Shown here in pieces: positions 1 to 16,893 of a DNA stretch of 64,000 nucleotides. The first letter of the stretch is position 1. Every line of letters starts with the position of its first letter. The position numbers and the translations under genes were made by a program. Under the pieces are notes generated by a model. The model worked only from the letters and a program-made list of their open reading frames with translations, did not search any database and was not told the DNA's origin. The stretch comes from the human T2T-CHM13v2.0 reference genome, Homo sapiens. The stretch lies in the NCBI RefSeq assembly GCF_009914755.1, contig NC_060935.1; one strand, given 5' to 3'.

Positions 1-465
1 GTTCCCTAGAGGGACAGAATTAATAGAATATATATATATATATATATATATATATCCTATTTATAATAGGATATATATTATAACATATATATGTTATTTA
101 TAATAGGATATATTTATAATATATAATATTATAAATATATCCTATTTATATCCTATAATAAATAGGATATTATAAATATATAATTATTAAATTATCCTAT
201 AAATAGGATATTATAAATATATAATTATTAAATTAAAAATATTAAATATATTATATTTTATATATTTATATTTTATATATAAATACAAAATATTAAATAT
301 ATATTATATAATTATAAATATATAATTATATTATAAATATATATAATATAAATATATAAATGGAAGTTTATATATGTATAATTATATATATTTATAATAT
401 ATAATATATATTTAATATTTTGTATTTATATTATATATAAATATATAAATAAATATATATAATAC
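1..465. repeat. AT-rich low-complexity array: (TA)n plus ~41-44 bp units, probably expanded inside an MLT2-type LTR end
   Basis: Nearly pure A/T. The unit AATAGGATATTATAAATATATAATTATTAAATTA occurs at 161-194 and 202-235. The first 28 nt (GTTCCCTAGAGGGACAGAATTAATAG) resemble an MLT2A terminus. Confidence 0.85.
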
Positions 466-469
466 ATCT

Positions 470-1390
470 ACTTAACCCAAAATACTAACAATGTGTCATG
501 GGGTTTATTTTGTGTGTGTGTGTGTATACATATATATATGTATACACACACACACACACTGTATCATATAAAATATGTGACAATACCACAAAAACCAGAA
601 GAAAGAAAACTATACTTTGTAAGGTTCTAATGCGGTACATGAAGTATTATAATATTGATAGTAATGCTAGAATGGGATAAGTTAAACATGTACACTACAA
701 ACCCTAAAGCAACCACTAATATAACAACAACATCTGGAGAGTTATAGCTAATAAATCAACAAATGAGATAAAATGGAGTTATAACAATTATCCAGTAAAC
801 CTCCAAACAGACATGCAAAGAGAAAAAAAGAGAATAGAGAACAGTACCAAGATGATTAGACTTAAACCTAATGACACCAACAATCATGTCAACTGTAAAA
901 AGTTCAAGGCACTTCAATTAAAAGGCAGCAACTGTTTGTTAGACCGGATAAAAAAGAAAGATCCAACTATATAGTGTTTATAAGAAATACACTTTAAATT
1001 CAAAGGTACAACTAGGTTAAAATTAAAGAGATGGAAAAAATATATACCATATTGACACTAGTCAAAAGAAAGTTGGAATGACTGCATTAATATATAAAAA
1101 AAGCAGATTTCAGAGCAAAGAATATTATGAGCAATGATGAAGCCCCAAATTTATCCAGAGGATATAAAAAGCCTAAATCTTTATTCATGTAATAACAGCT
1201 TCAAAATACATGAAACAAAAATGTGAACATTAGCAACTTGACTTAATTAGCATTTATAGACTACCCATCAACAATATATTCTTTTCAAGTGCGTATGAAA
1301 CATTTACCAACAAAGATTATTATATTTCTGGGTCATAAAACAAGTCTTAAGGATTCAAGTCATACAAAGAATGTTCTCAGACCACACAGA
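470..1390 (+). mobile_element. Old L1M fragment (inter-ORF region and decayed ORF2 endonuclease start)
   Basis: A-rich with degenerate L1 motifs (AATTAAAAGGCAG, GATCCAACTATAT, GAAATACACTTTAAAT, GTCATAAAACAAGTCT). Confidence 0.7.
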
Positions 1391-2156
1391 CAGTGAGTGA
1401 TAGAATTGAGCATTCAAGACCTGCCTAGTATAGAATATTTGCTTCCCCACTGTGTTTTCCTCCTTGTTGCTTTACATGTGTTTGGATTTTTCTCTGATAT
1501 ATGTGGCTCTGGGCTTCTTTCCTTGCCTCAACAATAACAGCTCCCTGGTAGGGAAGAGGCTTCCACTAACCTCTTCCACAAAACTCCAGGAATAAACACT
1601 TTCTTCACAATCAGTCAACTGAAGCAATGTGTTGTGGTAAGCAAAATTCTTAATGTAAGATATTTGGACTTTGAGAGAGTAAATATCTAGGCAAATAAAA
1701 TGTTGCATTTATTCTACACATTAATTTCAAGTATGAAAATAACTCCACTCCAGAAGCTGATGCAATTATATCATATTATGCTCTATTTTCTCAGCTGTTC
1801 TTATTTGCTATTTGATGTTTAAAAAACTACCTCTTTCTCACGTGGTCCATGCCTTAGACTACGTAGCTATGGCAATTTTGTTTCTGGCCAAACCAGCATA
1901 ATGGATATCGCCACATTCCTGTGACTGTATCTAGATTTTGACCAAAAACTAAAGACAAAATTAATGCAAATTATGTGCAGATTTTATAGACGTTTATTTT
2001 ACTTGTGGTATTATGCCTTAAAGCTCTTTAATAAGCATGTCTAAAGTGAAAGTAGACATTTTAAGATTGAAAAAAACTGGCCATTTTACAAGAAACAATA
2101 AAATGCTTAAAAAAATGAATTTGAAAAAAAATAAATAAAATAAATAAGTAAATTTG

Positions 2157-2515
<359 letters not shown>

Positions 2516-3258
2516 TTATACACTTTTAAAGTCACAATATATAGAACTTCCAATGTTTGTTGTTAATTTTAATGGTATCATTCCTACAAATTTCATTTGT
2601 ATCATCATACAACTTTATTCATTGATCTTTTTTGTGCCATTACTAATAGAAATATTTGCAACATCATTGTACTCATGTACAGTGTAAATGGAATTGGACT
2701 CTTCCCATTTTTCCTCTACTTTGGTTCCTTCCTTATTAAAATATATGCCCATGGTTAAAATTTAAAAGACAGTTACCATAAAAATCATAATTTGCAATCC
2801 CTAAAACAATAGATGCCACAACTTTTAGGAAAAAAAAAAACATTTATTGAGCACTACTCTCTGCTAGGCACTAGGGCTAACAAAGATAGATATGGGTTCT
2901 GCCCACGTGAAATTAGGGGCTAGTTCAATAAAGTTCTGCCATGATGTCTATAAGTTTCCTTTTCTCTCCTACCAAGGAAAGATATACTGGAATGCAAGCA
3001 ATTGAAAGGGCTGTCCATAAAAGAGTTATTTTAAATCTGACCCAATTTATAAAGAAAGTAATTTGCAAAACTTACTTACTTCATTAATAGTAACACATTA
3101 CATTGGGTGATATATTTGTCTACTTAGTACCACTACCCACTCCTATCTCCAACTTTCAACATAAAAATTCTCACAGGAATTGCTGTGTTCTTACATAAAC
3201 CTGCACCCTGGTTTCTGTGGGAGAGCACTTAATACAGGCCAGGAGAAGCAAAAACTGG

Positions 3259-3450
3259 CCCTCCCTCCCTCCCCTGCCCCGCCAGGCTTCCTCCCTTCCC
3301 CCCTCCCCCATTCTCCCCTTCCCCTTACTTCCTCCACCCTTCTCTCCCCTCCTCTCCCCTCCCTTCCCCTCCCCTCCCCTCCCCTTTCCCTCCCTCATTC
3401 CTCCCTTCCTTTCTCCATTCCTCCCTACATTCTTCTCTCTCATCCTTCTT
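3259..3450. repeat. Polypyrimidine/polypurine (CCCT, CCTT) tract
   Basis: About 190 bp, almost only C/T on the + strand. It generates the spurious Pro-rich and Gly/Arg/Glu-rich ORFs. Confidence 0.9.
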
Positions 3451-4398
3451 TCATTTTGGCAATCTTTCTCTTGTAGCAGAAAGTTCAACATGTACTAATT
3501 AGGCACTCTGAGAGACAAGTTTGCGAATTCATGAACAAACTTGTCCACAGTTACAGATCTCAAACCTCCAAATGAAGAGGGTGAGTTCGAAGGCTGAGAG
3601 AGTCTTGATGGCACTCCTATGCCCAATATGTGTTGGTGACACACAACTCTAATCCTGCCCTTCTGTCCATTCCATGGAGACATATTACTCCCATTTTGCT
3701 TAAGCTTGTCATTTTCTTTTTAAAATCACCTGGAATAAAATTATTGACATAAACCAGTGTATTGAGACAGTCCAGTTGGGAACTGCTGCCTTAAAAATAA
3801 TTATTCTTCTCTGGAAAGTCTCAGATTCAAGAAACAGAACACAGAATTACACTGTTAATCAAAGAGCTTAGTAATAATTCTATAAGCAAGATGCTCTGTT
3901 TTATGTTAAAGAATTACCCTAAAATACATGTCAAGAGGAAATAACATTATTTCAGCTCAAAAAAAAATACATTCTTGCAAGAAGACATAAGAGCTGTCAT
4001 ACACTTGAATTATGGTGTTCATTTATCAAATAATTTTGACTTGGTTTACCACAGGTGAAAATAGATATGATTCTACAGAGGAACTTTTTGTTTTTCCCCA
4101 GCAAGACTTGTCCCAAATTTAAATAAAAATTAAAAAGATCCTATGTGGAAGTTTTGAAACGATATAACATTGAATCTGGAGTGTGCCTCAATGTAAAGAG
4201 TAAGAGTGCATTAATCAGAGCTAAAGGAGATTTGAGGAAATACCTACTGTTTCTTTTCAAACATTCCATTTTATTGGTCCTAGCATGGAACCACATAAAA
4301 ATCCTAAGAGAACAGTAAGTGAAACTGAGTTTAGGGAGAATTACATACTAGGTTCCCATATTTCCTTCTACTTTTCATTTTGATGTTCTTGAATTTAG

Positions 4399-4723
<325 letters not shown>

Positions 4724-7700
4724 GACTTTGGAATCTTTGCCATGGTGACCACAGGAATTACTGCCCCTGGTAATAGTGCTTTGGTTCCAAGACTGTCCAG
4801 GCCAAAGTTACTGGAATATTACAGTCAGACTCTAGACTTTTCCAATTCAAGGATGGGGATCCAATAACCAAAAAGACACTTTTCACCTCAGGTCTGTGTA
4901 CATTTACTGAATGCTGATCATGTCCCAGGCATAGTGCTTGATGCTGGGGATGCAATTATGAATTAAGACATTCTCAGTATCCTCACAAGAAAAGGAGGAA
5001 TGCCCACAGCTCATCAGCAAAATCATAAACTGGTTCATACTTAGCACTAGTCATTCCTGCATAGGCCATCCCCATTCCCCAGCAATATTATTAATGGATT
5101 GGTTGTATTTGTGGGATATATAAGTCTGCTATAGGCCTTAGTAGATAAGATTCTGATTTTCAAACAAAATGTATTAATAATGATAGTTCTTCAAGGGAAG
5201 ATTAGATAAGTAGTAACAGGAAGCATACAAATATCTTTCAGCGACAAGCATTCTACTATATGTTTTACTTATACTGTATAGTTACAGAGAAATAATGTAT
5301 AGAAAACATCTAGCTTAGAGATTGGCACAGAGATGCATTATTATCATTGTTGCTAAAAAGTATAACAACCCAGCAGGAGAGATAGGTATTATTTCCATTT
5401 AATAGAGGAAGAAATGAAGATTCAAAGCGGCAAAGTGACTTATCTAAATCTCACAGATAAAATGTATAAGAGCAGGGTACCAGCCTGAGGGTGTCTGGCT
5501 CTAAAGCTCTTGCTCTTTTCACCCCAATGCTATTGGATCAGTGCAGAAGCTAATTTGCATAATCTCTCACTTGAGAGTTTCATTTTAGTAAAAGTGCACT
5601 AGTTAAATAAGAAGAAATACTTAATTCTGTTCAACTACCATTTGTTCAGCCTTTATTTGGCAAAAGACAAAAAATATTCTTTGAATGCTAAATATTCAAA
5701 GGGGAAAGTCAGAAATTTCCTCTGTAATCTTTAATCATGTCAGACAGAGCAGGTCTCCTCCAGAGAAGGCTGCCCTCTTTGCACTGCCCCTCACACATGC
5801 TCATGAACATATTACCGAAAGCCTGCAAGCCCGGGCATTGCCCTTCACTGTACTTTTGGTTGAGTCCATTATTAGGGGCAGTGTGGCATGGTGGCTAAGA
5901 ACACCAACTATGAATCTGAGAAATGGATTCTAGACCCACCTCTTCCTTTTATTCTCTGGGGCCTGGTATTAATTCTTCAACTGACTCTCAGCTTCTTTAT
6001 CCATAATATGGAAGATTTGGAGTGGTTTATCTCTAAGGTAACTTGCAGTTGCAAAATGTCAGGGCTTCCTTTTTGGGTTAAAAGTGGTCTTAAATGAGTC
6101 AACTGATACAGTTTTACCATAGGGATTTCAAAGACAAGCCTCAGTTCTTCTTCTGGACGATAAGTTTCTTGAGAACAAGAACCTTTAACTATTCTCTCAC
6201 ATCACCTTGCAAAATACCTATTATTTAATTGTTGTTCAATTGATATGTTTCATTAATAAAGTAATGAATGAACACTTTATATACTGAAAGAAAATAGGTA
6301 AGATTCAAAATGCAAAATTCAACAGAAATATGTTTGTAGTGTATCAGATGTTTTGACACATCTATTTCTTAATCTAGCCCAAGAATGACAGAATTTTGGC
6401 TGACTGGTCAGGCTCCATTGAATCATGAAAAAGAAATCTGTATTTTTTTTCTATAATTAACTCAGTGTCAGAAAGTGTATCCAATGAAAGGCCAGGCTTA
6501 GTCTTCTGATTCACATTAATTTTGTGGAACACTTGTAAAGGACAACATCAAGATACTTATATGTGCTTCTGAGAAACAAAACACAAAGCAAACCAGGTCT
6601 CTGTTTCCTATTATAGACTTTTGTACTGAGTCACTTGTCTGAGTATTAGAGTCACAATGAGTCACTAAGGGTCTATGGTGGAAGACACTATCTTACTCAT
6701 TTATTCCTAGCATCTAACACAGTGCTAAGCATGTAGTAGTGTTTAAAACATTCGTCTTGTCAATACACTTACGAAAATATGTTCGGTAATGTTTGTTATG
6801 ATGTAAAGGAGTTGATAGCCCAGTTCCATATAACAATACGGCTAGCATAAGTGAGGGATTACTCTAAATGTCATGAACTCAATCAGAATACGCTTCACCA
6901 AAAATGAATAACTTAAGGTCTATGTGCCAAGTCTGAGAATGAAGTTACTGAAGTTGGGTCAATAATCAGGTCATGTACTGGAATATTAGTTGGTTGAAGA
7001 AGAACCATCAAACTGGAATAATGTTCTCAGTGAAATGAGGATTGTGTGATGAATAATAGAGTGTCATATAAAATAGTTTTAGATCCTGGCTGTAAATGGA
7101 AGCAAAAATTAGAGATAATAGAAATGAAACTCTAAAGATAGAGGATTTTTGAGCAATACGCTGAGCCATTGCCATTCCACAGAATGTGTTCTGTCCTGGG
7201 CCAGCAGCTGATGGAGAAGGGTGAGAATGGAGAAGGGGACAAGGTGAGAATGGAGGCATAAAGCAGATTGTAGTGTCAAAATCAGTAATTTAGGCAAACC
7301 CTAAGTTAAAAATCATTCATTCCTTTACTCAGTCAACTGTAGGTGCTGGGCACAGAACTGGGCATTGTAAAATATGAAATGTGCATAAGACATGATTCCT
7401 GCCTTCAAGTAGTTTATAGTGAAATTACTCCTCTACTTTTTAGGACTGAAATAAAAAGGACATCATGTAACTGCTTCTGTGCTTTAAATTTTTCATCTGT
7501 AAAGTGACCTCCCTACCTCAGTAGAGTTTGAAGATAAAATGGTAGCATTATTGCAAATATTTGTAATGTTATTACAAAATAACATTTTGTAATCATAAAA
7601 TATTACATGGAAATAATTAAGATTCTTCTACTATCACTGTGATAATAACAGTGGTAGTAAAGAATCAAGTAAGATCTTTAAATGATAATATAAATGTTGA

Positions 7701-9739
7701 AATAAGTTTTTAAAATAGTAGTGGTTAAGATCAGTTCCCCAACAGGATGGAGACATTGATCTGGGCATAACTAACAACCAGTAACCAAGGCCAGGGAATG
7801 TACCATACAATCACAACAACCCACAACCCTCTCTGCTACTTTTGGCCCGTTTATAAAGAGATAGCTTGTGTAGCTTCTCTATAGGTGCCCCTAGATACAG
7901 CCATACTTAAACTTTCTGAGATTTTCCCCCTACACACCTCAACTACTTATACTGGTGTCATCCTATGATGTAGTACAAAATAATAGCTTCTATTTATTAT
8001 TGTTCATTTCATTTAATAATCATCTCTTGTGACGTAGGATTTGGGACTCAAGGATGAATAACTAAAACTTGGACTGAAACAAGAATTAACACATGAACAA
8101 CATTTGGATATTTTTCTGATTGAAAACATTACTTGAATAGTATTTTTCTACTGAAGTTTGCAAATGAAAATGGTGACATTCTACCTTCTCAAAGAGAATT
8201 TCTAAGCATTTATTACTAGACATGTTTAAAAAATTCTGAAGCTTTGAGTATTCCTATCAGAGCACACTGGAGGAAACAGAAAAGTCAACATTCAAGGCTG
8301 AAAATACACGAGAACAAGGTATATCATTACCATGGTATAATTATGTGCCATGAGGATGGGGCTTGGGAAACCTGACAATGCCTGAAGAAAAAAGAGAAGA
8401 GATAGAAGAAATGAGAAAATGTCAAGAGACAAAGAGAGAAACTAGGGCAAATAAAAGCCAACCTTCTCCTAGTGAAACCAGAAAGGACTCTTCAAGAAAT
8501 AAGATTTTGAGAGTGGGCATGACATTTAGCCAAAGGCAGTGTGCAAGTGCTGAGCATTAGGTAGAAGAACAGACAAAAACAGGTGCTTCAGGACAGCTAG
8601 AGAATCTGGATGGATGCAAGCCCTCAGCATCATTCAGGAGTGGGGCATGGGCATTGCCCAGGTCAGGAGCCAGAAAAAAGGGCTTTGCCAGCCTTTTGGC
8701 ATTTGTGTGGAGTAAACTTAAGTGTCATTCTGTGCCCACTATGTTTACCAACATAGGGAGAATCTTTTTGTGTTCTATTAAAAACACAACAGTAAATATA
8801 CTTCAACATTTCTGTTATAGCACAGACAGATGTGGGATAAATTCCTGGTTTTGCCACTTACCAGCTAGGTGACTGGGTCAATTATTTTGCTTCTCTGTGC
8901 CTCAGCTTTCACTTCTCTTATGAGAATAACCCACTTAATGAGGCTGTTGTGAGGTTGAATGAAATAACTGTGTCTATAAAATATCAGCGTATTAGGTTCT
9001 TTAAAACTATCATTTTCTTCCTGCTTTTTACCTATATCCCTGAGGTACAGGGTCAGAACTCAAAATTAATAGCCAGTATTTATTGAGTGCCACATACTGT
9101 TCTAAGTTTGTTACTTATAGTAACTACTTAATCTGCATAGCAGCTCTATAGGGTAGATACTATTTTATTAACATTTTTTGAGAGAGAATACAGAGGCACT
9201 GAGAAGTTAAAAACCAGCTTGCGTAAGTTTTCACAGCTAGGAAATCTCAGAGCCAGGACTCAGTTTTACAACATCAGGGAACCTAGCACCAAAGCTGGTG
9301 CTCTTAACTACTGCCTTGTAATGTTTTCTCTAACCCACAGCAGGTATTGTTATCATGAATTCACACCAGGGTTGTGAAAATCGAAGTTGGTAGCAGAGCA
9401 ATGGCCACAGAAGCTATTTTCCTTGACACTAGTAAATGAGGCTTTCAAAGAAAAACAATCTGACTTTAAATCCTGACTCCTCTTCTTCTAGTTATGTGGC
9501 TATGAATAAGTTATACCTGTTCACAAAGGGTGTTGTGATGATTACATGAAATGATCTTTGTAAAGTGCCTAACACAGAGCAGCCATTCCAGAATGTAGTT
9601 CCTATTATTGTTATGCTTTGGATTAAAAAAGAAAACAACACATCTGCTGCTTATAGTTTTTTTTAAATTATCTTTTAATGTTTGGCTATAAGCAGCCATA
9701 TCAGCTCCAGTTTCTCCCATCTAACATTGAATTTGCTAC

Positions 9740-10020
9740 TTTTTTTTTTTTTAATTTGAGACAGGGTCTTGCTCTGTCACACAGGCTAGAGTACAATGGT
9801 GCAATCTCAGCTCACTGCAACCTCACCTTCCATGCTCAAGTGATCCTCCCACCTCAGCCTCCCAAGTAGCTGGGACCACAGGTGCATACCACCATGCCCA
9901 GCTATTTTTTTATATTTTTAACAGAGATAAGATATTGCCATGTTGCCCAGGCAGATCTCGAACTCCTGAGCTCAAACAATCTGTTCTCCTTGGTCTACCA
10001 AAGTGCTGGGATTATAGGCA
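9740..10020 (-). mobile_element. AluJ, slightly 5'-truncated
   Basis: Reverse Alu with J-type features. TSD AATTTGCTACTTTT / AATGTGCTACTTTT. Confidence 0.9.
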
Positions 10021-10117
10021 AATGTGCTACTTTTAGGAGATAGTGAATTAGAATTTATATATAGAGAGAGTTTCTCTCTATAATCACTCTATGTATCTAT
10101 AGAATTTATATAGAGAG

Positions 10118-11001
10118 GAATAGGAACAGCTCCGGTCTACAGCTCCCAGCGTGAGCTACGCAGAAGACGGGTGATTTCTGCATTTCCATCTGAGGTACCG
10201 GGTTCATCTCACTAGGAAGTGCCAGACAGTGGGCGCAGGTCAGTGGGTGCGCGCACCGTGCGCGAGCCGAAGCAGGGCGAGGCATTGCCTCACTTGGGAA
10301 GTGCAAGGGGTCAGGGAGTTCCCTTTCTGAGTCAAGGAAAGGGGTGACGGACGGCACCTGGAAAATCAGGTCACTCCCACCTGAATACTGAGCTTTTCCC
10401 ATGGGCTTAAAAAATGGCGCACCACGAGATTATATCCCGCACCTGGCTCAGAGGCTCCTAAGCCCACGGAGTCGCCTAGCACAGCAGTCTGAGATCAAAC
10501 TGCAAGGCGGCAGCGAGGCTAGGGGAGGGGCGCCCGCCATTGCCCAGGCTTGATTAGGTAAACAAAGCAGCTGGGAAGCTCGAACTGGGTGGAGCCCACC
10601 ACAGCTCAAGGAGGCCTGCCTGCCTCTGTAGGCTCCACCTCTGGGGGCAGGGCACAGACAAACAAAAAGACAGCAGTAACCTCTGCAGACTTAAATGTCC
10701 CTGTCTGACAGCTTTGAAGAGAGCAGTAGTTCTCCCAGCACGCAGCTGGAGATCTGAGAACGGGCAGACTGCCTCCTCAAGTGGGTCTCTGACCCCTGAC
10801 CCCCGAGCAGCCTAACTGGGAGGCACCCCCCAGCAGGGGCACACTGACACCTCACACAGCAGGGTATTCCAACAGACCTGCAGCTGAGGGTCCTCTCTGT
10901 TAGAAGGAAAACTAACAAACAGAAAGGACATCCACACCAAAAACCCATCTGTACATCACCATCACCATCATCAAAGACCAAAAGTAGATAAAACCACAAC
11001 G
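10118..11001. promoter_or_regulatory. L1 5'UTR: internal sense promoter and antisense promoter; YY1 site absent
   Basis: CpG-rich L1 5'UTR that starts at GAATAGGAACAGC. The first ~21 nt, including AAGATGGCC, are missing. Confidence 0.8.
10448..10540 (-). pseudogene. L1 ORF0, frameshifted and truncated to 30 aa
   Basis: Hand translation gives MAGAPPLASLPPCSLISDCCARRLRGLRSL*. The N-terminus matches ORF0, and a net ~8-nt loss near 10472-10476 shifts the frame. Confidence 0.8.
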
Positions 11002-12018
11002 ATGGGGAAAAAACAGAACAGAAAAACTGGAAACTCTAAAAAGCAGAGCGCCTCTCCTCCTCCAAAGGAACGCAGTTCCTCACCAGCAACGGAACAAAGC
11101 TGGATGGAGAATGACTTTGACGAGCTGAGAGAAGAAGGCTTCAGACGATCAAATTACTCTGAGCTACGGGAGGACATTCAAACCAAATGCAAAGAAGTTG
11201 AAAACTTTGAAAAAAATTTAGAAGAATGTATAACTAGAATAACCAATACAGAGAAGTGCTTAAAGGAGCTGATGGAGCTGAAAACCAAGGCTCGAGATCT
11301 ACATGAAGAATGCAGAAGCGTCAGGAGCCGATGCGATCAACTGGAAGAAAGGGTATCAGTGATGGAAGATGAAATGAATGAAATGAAGTGAGAAGGGAAG
11401 TTTAGAGAAAAAAGAATAAAAAGAAATGAGCAAAGCCTCCAAGAAATATGGGACTATGTGAAAAGACCAAATCTACGTCTGACTGGTGTACCTGAAAGTG
11501 ATGGGGAGAATGGAACCAAGTTGGAAAACACTCTGCAGGATATTATCCAGGAGAACTTCCCCAATCTAGCAAGGCAGGCCAACGTTCAGATTCAGGAAAT
11601 ACAGAGAATGCCACAAAGATACTCCTCGAGAAGAGCAACTCCAAGACACATAATTGTCAGATTCACCAAAGTTGAAAAAAAGGAAAAAATGTTAAGGGCA
11701 GCCAGAGAGAAAGGTCGGGTTACCCTCAAAGGGAAGCCCATCAGACTAACAGCAGATCTCTCGGCAGAAACCCTACAAGCCAGAAGAGAGTGGGGGCCAA
11801 TATTCAACATTCTTAAAGAAAAGAATTTTCAACCCAGAATTTCATATCCAGCCAAACTAAGCTTCATAAGTGAAGGAGAAATAAAATACTTTACAGACAA
11901 GCAAATGCTGAGAGATTTTGTCACCAGCAGGCCTGCCCTAAAAGAGCTCCTGAAGGAAGCACTAAACATGGAAAGGAACAACCGGAACCAGCCACTGCAA
12001 AATCATGCCAAAATGTAA
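11002..12018 (+). pseudogene. L1 ORF1p (RNA-binding chaperone) with premature stop
   Basis: MGKKQNRKTGNSK... to ...QNHAKM, full 338-codon span, with in-frame TGA at 11389-11391 (CGA>TGA). Confidence 0.96.
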
Positions 12019-12081
12019 AGACCATCGAGACTAGGAAGAAACTGCATCAACTAACGAGCAAAATCACCAGCTAACATCATA

Positions 12082-15908
<3,827 letters not shown>

Positions 15909-16539
15909 ACAATGAGATCACATGGACACAGGAAGGGGAATATCACACTCTGGGGACTGTGGTGGGGTTGGCGGAGGGGGGAGGGATAGCATTGGGAGAT
16001 ATACCTAATGCTAGATGACGAGTTAGTGGGTGCAGTGCACCAGCATGGCACATGTATACATATGTAACTAACCTGCACAATGTGCACATGTACCCTAAAA
16101 CTTAAAGTATAATAAAAAAAAGAAATATATTAAAAAAAAAAGAAAAAAAAAGAATTTATATAGAGAGATCATTTCTCTCTATAAAAATCATGTGGAAATC
16201 CAGTCCTGGCAAGTATGAAGTTGATATTTGTAAAAACACGAACATAAAATTGCCTAGCTGATAAGGATAAAATTATAATATTCTCCAAGTCACAATATTC
16301 TCACTGCTTGAAAAAAAAAGATAAAATAGTGCTGTCATTTGACAGATTAAACAGCATGCAATAATTCCTTTTCTCCATATAGCATTGAATAAGTCCTTAT
16401 TGAGACTACTTAAAAAATGGCTATATATATCGTAAACCAAAAGTAAACCTAGGTAAGTGTAATAGCAAATAAAAGGTTAAAATGGGAAGTAAAAAAATAC
16501 AAGGCCCTTAGATTTGCTTAGCCTTGACAGAAATACTGG

Positions 16540-16893
16540 GAAAGAGACAATTATGGCTTGCCAAATACTGATCTGTTCCCTGTATTTCCTGGACCCTTTA
16601 GGCAGGGCCCTGTGGCATGTTTCAGTCAATGGTCTATGAGCAAGTGTGTCAGGATGCAACCCTTTCTCTTCTGCCTTGGCTATCAAGGAACTGATTTCTA
16701 ATGGTGCAGCTCTAAGATTGTGGCCCCTCCATCATTGTGAGTACTGAGTGACTGTGTGGAGCAGAGCCCTTCCTCAAGCCCTGATTGGTATGTACTGTGG
16801 ATGAGAAATAAACTTTTATGTGTGAAGCTAATTTAAGGATTGTTGCATTTAAGAAATATGTTGCATCATTGCCTGTCTTAGCTTTGTTAATAC
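16540..16893 (+). mobile_element. Old MaLR LTR fragment (MLT1J/K-like)
   Basis: GAGAAATAAACTTTT...TTAATACA 3' end, typical of MLT1. Confidence 0.5.

Noticed and set aside
3171-3498. Pro-rich and Gly/Arg/Glu-rich ORFs
   Set aside because: Artefacts of a stop-poor CT-rich tract.
16111-16150. GAAATATATT inside the full-length L1 tail as a 3' transduction
   Set aside because: Too short and AT-rich to distinguish from poly(A) decay.
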